A DNA stretch of 26,388 nucleotides from a virus (taxonomy: Duplodnaviria; Caudoviricetes): IMG/VR virus record IMGVR_UViG_3300032219_000218, positions 1-26,388 of that record; one strand, written 5' to 3'. The notes beneath the pieces were generated by a model. It was not told where the DNA came from and did not search any database. It worked only from the letters and a program-made list of their open reading frames with translations. The stretch's first letter is position 1. Every line of letters begins with the position of its first letter. Position numbers and translations under genes: made by a program. Positions 15,916 to 23,700 of the stretch are shown here, piece after piece.

Positions 15916-15942
15916 TTACTACTATCATCACGTGGAGGTAAC

Positions 15943-16269
15943 ATGAAAAAACTATTGTTAATTATCGGGTTATGCTTAAGTATAAGTGCTATTGCTGAAC
16001 CTTATAAATATTTACATTACAGTTATAACAAGAATGTAATTATAACCATTTCAAATATTGTATGTGTTTTACCTGAACTTAAAGATTTATACCCTTTAAC
16101 TGCAGTAGCTACTAGGATTGACGGTGACCGTCTTCTAGCATGTTATACTCACGAGGGTGAAGATATTGTAATACAATGGTACAAAGGTGACAAGAGCAGA
16201 TTCCCTGCCAATGTCTTTCTTAGTAGTCCTAAGATAGATGATACTTATAAAAAAGAACCTACATTATAA
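15943..16269 (+). CDS. Putative exported/periplasmic protein
   Basis: Sec-type signal MKKLLLIIGLCLSISAIA with an AxA cleavage site. GGAGG RBS. Confidence 0.75.
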   Translation: MKKLLLIIGLCLSISAIAEPYKYLHYSYNKNVIITISNIVCVLPELKDLYPLTAVATRIDGDRLLACYTHEGEDIVIQWYKGDKSRFPANVFLSSPKIDDTYKKEPTL

Positions 16270-16625
16270 TGGAGTGGACTGATGGAAGAATCAAAGGATT
16301 TATTACGTCCGTGTTGCGGGGAGGGTACAGACGTTGGCCTCCTAAGTATGAAACACTCAAGGAAGCACAAACTGGTAAGAAAGTTAATGCACTTACTAAA
16401 CGAATGGGCATGCATTATAAATGTAAGTCATGTAAAAACGAGTACCCTGCTAAACAAGTTCAAGTCGACCATATTAAACCAGTGGTTGATGTTAAAGTTG
16501 GGTTTACATCTTGGGACGAGTTCATTGAAAGACTTTATTGTACCAAAGATAACTTGCAAGTGCTCTGTAAAGAATGCCACGACAAGAAAACTCTAAAAGA
16601 GAAAAAACAAAGGATAAAGAAATGA
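16269..16625 (+). CDS. HNH endonuclease
   Basis: CKSC...VQVDHIKP...NLQVLCKECHDKKT. Confidence 0.9.
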   Translation: MEWTDGRIKGFITSVLRGGYRRWPPKYETLKEAQTGKKVNALTKRMGMHYKCKSCKNEYPAKQVQVDHIKPVVDVKVGFTSWDEFIERLYCTKDNLQVLCKECHDKKTLKEKKQRIKK

Positions 16626-17368
16626 GTAAAATATTACTATTAGATATTGAAATGGCTCCTAACGTAGCCCATGTATGGGGTATTTGGGATCAGAACATTG
16701 GTATCAATCAATTGCAAGAGTCTTCATATGTCATGTGCTATGCAGCTAAATGGCTTGGTAGTAAAGAAATGATGTTCCAGTCTGTAAAAAAGTCTGGTGA
16801 AAAGAAAATGCTAGAAGGCATACACAAACTACTTGATGAAGCCGATGCTGTTATCCATTACAACGGTAAACGTTTTGATATCCCTTCTCTTAATAAAGAG
16901 TTCTTATTAAATGGTATGTTCCCACCAGCACCTTTTAAAGAGATAGACTTATTAACTGTAGCTAGAGGTAGGTTTAGATTTGTATCTAACAAACTAGACT
17001 ATGTAGCACAGCAACTAGGACTAGGTAAGAAGACTGCACACAGTGGTCATGAACTATGGGTACAGTGTATGGCAGGTATTCCTAAAGCTTGGAAGACTAT
17101 GGAAGAATATAACAAGAACGATGTTATCCTTCTAGAGAAGGTCTATGAACGCTTTAAACCTTGGATTAAGAATCACCTTAACCGTAACCTTATTGAGAAC
17201 AATGGACTATGTTGTCCTACATGCACCTCTAAATCTTTCCAGAAAAGAGGGTATAACATCACTTCTACAGGCAAATACCAACGATATCAATGCCGTACGT
17301 GTGGTAACTGGTTTAAAGATGGTACTAATCTTAAAGAAAAAGGTTCTATAAAGCTTGTTAATATCTAA
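16622..17368 (+). CDS. RNase H-fold DEDD 3'-5' exonuclease with C-terminal zinc ribbon
   Basis: LLDIE, HYNGKRFDIP, SNKLDY, YNKNDV, CPTC...CRTC. Likely start is the ATG at 16622. Confidence 0.88.
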   Translation: MSKILLLDIEMAPNVAHVWGIWDQNIGINQLQESSYVMCYAAKWLGSKEMMFQSVKKSGEKKMLEGIHKLLDEADAVIHYNGKRFDIPSLNKEFLLNGMFPPAPFKEIDLLTVARGRFRFVSNKLDYVAQQLGLGKKTAHSGHELWVQCMAGIPKAWKTMEEYNKNDVILLEKVYERFKPWIKNHLNRNLIENNGLCCPTCTSKSFQKRGYNITSTGKYQRYQCRTCGNWFKDGTNLKEKGSIKLVNI

Positions 17369-17383
17369 AAAGGATGGTATAAT
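17355..17383 (+). promoter_or_regulatory. Sigma70 promoter with leaderless geometry for the DUF3310-RNR unit
   Basis: TTGTTA, 17 nt spacer, TATAAT with TGn extension, then 6 nt to the ATG at 17390. Confidence 0.7.
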
Positions 17384-17389
17384 AATAGT

Positions 17390-17593
17390 ATGAGTGCATT
17401 AAAAAAACAAGTGGCAGGAAGTCACTATAGACAATTTCCTATTCAACCTATTGAATTTATAGTTAAAAATAACTTACCCTTTATTGAAGGTAATATCATT
17501 AAATATATATGTCGATGGCAAGATAAAGGTGGGATAGAAGACTTAGACAAAGTTATTCACTATGTAGAACTATTAAAAGAATTGAAATCATAA
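17390..17593 (+). CDS. DUF3310 protein (T7 gp1.7-like putative nucleotide kinase)
   Basis: QVAGSHY...IQPIEFI...EGNIIKYICRW..KGGIEDL.K..HY. Confidence 0.88.
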   Translation: MSALKKQVAGSHYRQFPIQPIEFIVKNNLPFIEGNIIKYICRWQDKGGIEDLDKVIHYVELLKELKS

Positions 17594-17594
17594 T

Positions 17595-17780
17595 ATGCAA
17601 CTAACTTTAGAAGAGTTAAAAGAACGACTTGCGGATAGACTGGATGAGATAACTCTTCTAGAATTACTAAACATTACTTCTTACGATTTGGTAGAACGCT
17701 TTTCAGATCTAGTAGAAGATAACTACGATAAACTTCAGAAAGAAATTAACGATGACTACGAAACTGACGAACTACAGTAA
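17595..17780 (+). CDS. Small acidic helical protein
   Basis: LTLEELKERL...DEITLLELLNITS.DLVERF.D, directly upstream of the RNR gene. Confidence 0.75.
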   Translation: MQLTLEELKERLADRLDEITLLELLNITSYDLVERFSDLVEDNYDKLQKEINDDYETDELQ

Positions 17781-19626
17781 GTTCATACATAAGTCTCGAT
17801 ATGCTAGATACATTGAGGCTGAACAAAGACGAGAGTCCTGGGAAGAAACTGTTAATAGACTTGTGTCTTATCTAAAGACTAAGACTACAGTTACTATACC
17901 ATGGGATGAATTAAAACAATCTATTGTAGACTTAGAAGTTATGCCTTCTATGCGTCTATTAATGACTGCAGGTGAGGCAGTAGAACGAGATAACATTGCA
18001 GCTTATAATTGTTCTTACCTTGCTATTAATAATAAAAGAGCATTCTCTGAAGCTCTTTACATTCTAATGAATGGTACAGGTGTAGGGTTCTCATGTGAAC
18101 GTCAAGAGATTGATAAGTTACCACCATTACCTAGTTCTTTTAAGGAGGTAGATGATGTCATATCTGTTGCAGACTCAAAACTTGGGTGGGCTAAAGCCTT
18201 TAAAAAGCTATTGTCCTCATTGTGGGAAGGTGATATCCCTGAAGTTGACTACAGCAAAGTTAGACCAGTTGGATCAAGACTTAAAACATTTGGAGGGAGA
18301 GCTAGTGGCCCTGACCCATTGCGGAAGTTGTTTAAGTTCACGGTGGATACTTGCAAAGGATCTGCAGGAAGAAAGCTAAATAGTTTAGAAGTACATGACA
18401 TCCTATGTATGATTGGTGAGATTGTTGTAGTTGGAGGTGTAAGACGATCAGCTCTTATTTCTTTAAGTAACTTAACAGATAAAAGAATGCGTGATGCAAA
18501 GACAGGAGCATGGTATAATGATTATCCGTACAGAGGTCTTGCCAACAATTCAGTTGCGTATACTGAAAAACCCGATAGTGAAACTTTCATGGAAGAGTGG
18601 GTCAGCTTGGTTAAATCTAAATCAGGTGAACGAGGAATATTTAATAGAGTTGCTTCTCAAAATCAAGCAGCAAGATGGGGACGACGAGATCCAACTCTCA
18701 GCTACGGAACCAATCCATGTTCAGAAATTATCTTGCGTGATAAACAGTTCTGCAACCTTACAGAAGTGGTTGTACGGGAAAAAGATACTAGAGATTCCTT
18801 ACTTAGAAAAGTTAAGTTAGCTACAATCTTAGGTACTCTACAGTCTACACTCTTAGACTTCCAATTCTTATCTGAAGAGTGGAAAAAGAATACTGAGGAA
18901 GAGCGTTTATTAGGGGTATCATTAACAGGTATTATGGATTGTAAAATAACTAACAATCCTGATCCATTATTATTAGAGGAATTACGTGATGCAGCAAGAG
19001 AAACAAATAAACAACTTTCTAAAGAACTTGGTATTGCTCCTTCTGCTTCTATCACTTGTGTTAAGCCTTCGGGTACAGTCAGCCAGTTGGTGGACAGTGC
19101 TAGTGGCATTCATGCTAGACACAATGCTCATTACATACGAAGGGTACGAATTGATAAAAAGGATCCTGTATACTCGTTCCTCAAGGAAAAAGGTTTCCCA
19201 GTGGAAGACGAAGTATTCCGTCCTGACTCGACGGCTGTATTCAGCTTTCCGATGAAAGCTCCTAAAGGTGCTATAACCCGTAATGACATGACTGCCATAG
19301 AACAACTTAACCTATGGTTAGTCTATCAACGTCATTGGTGTGAGCACAAACCTTCTGTAACTATTACAGTAACAGATAATGAATGGCCTGAAGTAGGAGC
19401 ATGGGTATGGAAATACTTTGATGAGGTTAGTGGTATTAGCTTTCTTCCTCATTCAAATCATACGTATCAACAGCCCCCATATGAAGACATTACAGAAGAG
19501 CAATACAAAGAATTAGCATCCAAGATGCCTGGTGATATTAACTGGGAAGATCTTATTGAAAAGGATGATAATACCGAAGGATCCCAGACACTTGCGTGTA
19601 CTGGTGGAAGTTGTGAGATAGCATAA
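17752..19626 (+). CDS. nrdJ: Class II (adenosylcobalamin-dependent) ribonucleotide reductase
   Basis: YNCSY, GTGVGFS, VVVGGVRRSA, TNPCSEI, CNLTE, TCVKPSGT, HWCEHKPS and the C-terminal redox pair ACTGGSCEI. No nrdB in the window. Confidence 0.93.
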   Translation: MTTKLTNYSKFIHKSRYARYIEAEQRRESWEETVNRLVSYLKTKTTVTIPWDELKQSIVDLEVMPSMRLLMTAGEAVERDNIAAYNCSYLAINNKRAFSEALYILMNGTGVGFSCERQEIDKLPPLPSSFKEVDDVISVADSKLGWAKAFKKLLSSLWEGDIPEVDYSKVRPVGSRLKTFGGRASGPDPLRKLFKFTVDTCKGSAGRKLNSLEVHDILCMIGEIVVVGGVRRSALISLSNLTDKRMRDAKTGAWYNDYPYRGLANNSVAYTEKPDSETFMEEWVSLVKSKSGERGIFNRVASQNQAARWGRRDPTLSYGTNPCSEIILRDKQFCNLTEVVVREKDTRDSLLRKVKLATILGTLQSTLLDFQFLSEEWKKNTEEERLLGVSLTGIMDCKITNNPDPLLLEELRDAARETNKQLSKELGIAPSASITCVKPSGTVSQLVDSASGIHARHNAHYIRRVRIDKKDPVYSFLKEKGFPVEDEVFRPDSTAVFSFPMKAPKGAITRNDMTAIEQLNLWLVYQRHWCEHKPSVTITVTDNEWPEVGAWVWKYFDEVSGISFLPHSNHTYQQPPYEDITEEQYKELASKMPGDINWEDLIEKDDNTEGSQTLACTGGSCEIA

Positions 19627-19769
19627 TGGAAGTATCAATTAAACCTATATGCGGTGTATCACTTGGTTTTGAGATAGTTGAAACTAAATACATGCCTGAG
19701 TTAGATGACGATGGTACTTATTTAGTCTTTGAACTTCTCATATTTAGAGTAGTAATTTCATTAACATAA
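19626..19769 (+). CDS. 47-aa hypothetical protein
   Basis: TAATG coupling to nrdJ. MEVSIKPICGVSLGFEIVETKYMPELDDDGTYLVFELLIFRVVISLT. Confidence 0.7.
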   Translation: MEVSIKPICGVSLGFEIVETKYMPELDDDGTYLVFELLIFRVVISLT

Positions 19770-19778
19770 GGAGATAGT

Positions 19779-19925
19779 ATGAGTTATGATGGCGTGCAAA
19801 TAAACAAAGTATCAAATGGTTACATCGTGAATGCAACCAAGCTTGATGTCTTGACTAAACAACAAGATAACAAGATCGCAATCTTTGCGACTTTTGATGA
19901 AGCACTAGCCTTTCTGAAGGGCTAA
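19779..19925 (+). CDS. 48-aa hypothetical protein
   Basis: TAAGGAG RBS. MSYDGVQINKVSNGYIVNATK...FATFDEALAFLKG. Confidence 0.8.
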   Translation: MSYDGVQINKVSNGYIVNATKLDVLTKQQDNKIAIFATFDEALAFLKG

Positions 19926-19932
19926 TCGTAGT

Positions 19933-19960
19933 AGGGGGAGTGCAATGCTCCCCTTTTTTT
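19933..19960 (+). terminator. Rho-independent terminator at the convergence of the two arms
   Basis: GGGGAGT-GCAAT-GCTCCCC followed by T7. Confidence 0.85.
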
Positions 19961-20351
19961 ATTCTATTGTAAGTTCTATAGTTTTTTCTAATTCCATCTT
20001 ATCAAACAATGGATCAAAAGCAATCTTAGAATTACCAATAAAATCTTTCCCTGCCCACGTAGTACCAACTAATATACACCCTTCAGTGTTAGCACTAGTG
20101 TTTCCTGTATGGATACGCACACCCTCAAACCCAGGTACGTTTAATATACGAGGGAGCCTTCGTTTAAAACGATTAGAATTATCAACAATGACAGAGTAAG
20201 TGCCAGTAGGTATAGCTGTTTGTCCATTTATCTTTTCTCCTTTAAATCTAACTGTGTCTTCTAAAGTGTAACAATAGTATATACCATTAACATATAGTTT
20301 ACCTACAGTGTAAGTCTTAGCAAATTCAAACCTTTTAACTAATAGTTTCAT
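19959..20351 (-). CDS. DUF5675 protein (candidate endolysin)
   Basis: TLED...TAIPTGTY...VPGFEGVRIHTGNTSANTEGCILVG. Last gene of the late arm. Confidence 0.8.
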   Translation of the reverse strand: MKLLVKRFEFAKTYTVGKLYVNGIYYCYTLEDTVRFKGEKINGQTAIPTGTYSVIVDNSNRFKRRLPRILNVPGFEGVRIHTGNTSANTEGCILVGTTWAGKDFIGNSKIAFDPLFDKMELEKTIELTIE

Positions 20352-20710
20352 TATGTAGCCTGTGTTTGTGCTGTTAATATACCTTTAGTAAACGTCATAC
20401 TACCAGCAACACCTGCTAAAGTTACAGGTGCTGTTGTAATTGTAACAGATAATCCCGCTTCTAACGCATTATATTCATCAGCAGTTACATGATAATACTC
20501 AAGACCACTAGTAGCACCACCTTGTAATCCTTGTAAGTCATTGTGTCGTCTATTAACAATACTTGTTATATTAGAGGCATCAAATACAATGTTATCCCAA
20601 CGTACAATACCACCAGTATTAATGTTTTGTCCTAGACGAAAGAACCAATCACGCCATTCATGGGATTCAGCTATAGGTTGATTAGGTATAGGGAATATTA
20701 AAGTAGCCAT
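20351..20710 (-). CDS. Hypothetical protein, probably virion-associated
   Basis: TAATG-coupled on both sides within the late arm. EWRDWF and HNDLQGLQGG...YYH motifs. Confidence 0.65.
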   Translation of the reverse strand: MATLIFPIPNQPIAESHEWRDWFFRLGQNINTGGIVRWDNIVFDASNITSIVNRRHNDLQGLQGGATSGLEYYHVTADEYNALEAGLSVTITTAPVTLAGVAGSMTFTKGILTAQTQAT

Positions 20711-23700
20711 TAGAAACCTCTAATTTGTCTTTGTAAGTTACGTCTCAATGCATCTTTAGCTGCCTCACGTTTACGTTTCTCAGTAGAAACATATTGAGCA
20801 GCTGTTGGAGATTCAATATCAATCTGACGAGCAGCCATTGCTTGAACACCTTCACCTGATTTATCATTCTGAGCACGTAATGCTTGGCTTGCCATAGGTA
20901 GCTGTTGAGCAACATAACGAGATATATCAGAGGCTAGTGTTACAGGATCACTTTGTGGGTTATAAATAGATTGACCATTATACCAATTAGTATTCATACC
21001 AAGTTGTACTAGACCACTTAATGCTGGGTTCCATGTAAACACTGAATTCATAGCTGCAGCAGGGGATTTAGAACCTGCAGCTACATCTTCCATAGCATGT
21101 ATTAAATGGTAAGGACCAGCACGTCTAAACTTAGCTTTGTCATTATCAGTCATTGACTTAGCCATCATGTCCATTAATGGGTACACAACTGCTAGAGCAA
21201 CAGCTACAGCTGCTGCCGAATCTATACCTTGTTTAAATTCTTTTACACCCTCAGCACCTTTTCTAATGGCACCAATCTCACGTACCATGTTAACCAAAGA
21301 CTTAACCATACCATAGTGGTAACGACTAAACACTGAGATGTTAGGGTTTTGCATAACATAACTTAAACCTCTACCTACATTCTCCCCAACAACCTTTTCA
21401 CCAATCATTGATGGAAGTCTATAGTTAGGCATGTGCTTCTCTGCATAAAATATAGCTTCAGGGTGTGACAATCCTTTAGTTTCCATTATCTCTCTAAGAT
21501 ATTGCATATACATAATATCACGAGTAATCCACATAGCTCTATTAGATTGTTTAGAAATACCATTGTATAGTTGTTTAAGAGATACACCCATGTCATTAGC
21601 TAATTCTTTAAACTCACCAGTCTTAGAGAATTCATTTAAACCTTTACCAAATAAAGCTTCTTGAAAAGCTGTGGCTCTTGTACCAGGTGATAATAAAGAA
21701 CCACCAAGTCTAATAGTTTCTTCATAAAAATGTGATAGGTTAACTACATCATCTATAGCTAGTTTACCATGTTTATGAAACCTTGCAATACCACCAGGAG
21801 TTACCCAACCAGATAGACCACGGGCATTATACAAGTGGAATGCTTCGTTTAACATGTGGGCTATAGGGTTAACCATCATGTTCTTAACAATGATGTTAGT
21901 TAAATTAGTTAACACTGTAGGATCCCATACCCTAGCAAAATCATTAATAATGTTAGCTACGCGAGTAGGGAACATGTAACCAGCTAATGGTGGGTATTTC
22001 TGTACGTTCTTAGGTACTATGTAACCTTCAGGAACTTCTTGTAGTTTACCATCTACATGAGTAGGTAAAGCAATATCTTTCATCATAGGAGATGACATAA
22101 GGTTTTTAAGGAATAAATCTTGACGTACTTCCTCACGAACTTCTTCCATCTTTTTAAGTAATACAGCTAAAGAATTTCTATTATAAGTTATAGGTGCATG
22201 TTCTTCAAGTTCTTTAATAGAACCTTGAGATAAATGACCTCCAAAGAATGTATCACCTTCATGTAACATCCTATCACGTTCTGGCATACTACCTAGTAAC
22301 TTAGCTTTTTGACCTTCCCATTTAAATATCTTACCATCTTTAGCTATTTGAACTACAGTTCTATCTCCATTACGTTCTTTAATAACCCAGAATGAACGAG
22401 TCTTAGAAGCACTAGATAGTTTACCTAAGTCAGGGTCAAAGCCCCCTTCTAGTTTACCACCTAGTTCTGCAAAAGTATTCTTAATTTTACCAAAGAAATT
22501 AGGGTTTTCATAAGTACCATTTTCTTGCATAACTTTAATTTGTTCACGAGTTAATGGGTTCATCATTCTATTAAAAAAGAATTTACCATCTCTCATTTCA
22601 CCTAGTTGATTAGCAAGGTCAGGGTTAATATTCTTAAGATACTCATACCCTTTAGTAAGTTCAGCAATTAAAGGTGCATAATATTTATCATATATAATTT
22701 GTTCATCAGGTGCAAGAGGTGTAGGAGTTTCAATTTGTTTATTAAGTTTATCACGTTCAGCTTTTAATATAGTTTGTTTTTCAGGTAATTCAAATTCAAG
22801 TTCTTCCCACTTATCTCTTAGATCTCTATATGGTCTATTAATTCTAAAAACAATATCATCATAAAAGTCTTGTTCTTCTTTTGTAAGTGTTTCTTTTCTA
22901 GATTGCTTTCCTAAAATCTCTTCATATTTATTACGTTTAGGAGTACCAAATTGAAAGTCATTAGTTTCATATATGTCTTTAGCTCGAGCTTTTAAGCTAT
23001 CAATAGCTTCTTTTAAACCTTTAAGGGTAGAATCAATATCAACTACACTAGCATTAAGTTCATCAGAAAACTTATTAATACCTTCTAAATGCAATCTAAT
23101 ATTGTTTTGCATTTCAGGGGTTAATTTATCATTAGTAATAGCTAATTCATAAATCTTAGCAGATCTAATCTCATCAACCATCTTAGCATTAGCTGAGATA
23201 AATGCACCATCTGCTAATTCTTTTTCATTAGTAGGGGTAGGGGGTAATCCTAAATTATCCAGGTTATAGAATGGATTAATAGCAGCCTGTTCCATAGCAG
23301 TATTGTTTAGATAAGACTGATATGAATTGTCTTTAACTCTTAAATTTGATTCTCCACCTTTTCTAGTAAAGTCACCAAACTTTGGGTCTTTAGATAAGTT
23401 TTGATGTGTAAGATCTATAAGTTGATCTAATGCTGTTTCAGTCTTTTCTTTACCATTTCCAAGGAAGTCTTTAATGATGTCTTTAAACTCTTGCCATGCA
23501 CTAGGAGCTTTAGCATCTAATAGTGGGGGTCTTTCACTCATCCATCTTTGAAATCTATTACTAGCAAAAGCTTCAGAAATCATTTCTCTAGTAGATTCTA
23601 AACCATACATAGACTTTTCAGTTTGGCTTTCCCACAACTCATCTTTGCTTGCCGTAGCTTTAAGCTTTTCAAAGAAATCATCCATTTGTTTAGCAAATAC

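Noticed and set aside
19626-19769. LGFEIVETKY in a 47-aa ORF as a second PqqA-like peptide
   Set aside because: It lacks the ExxxY spacing and the WxxP leader, and the length is wrong.
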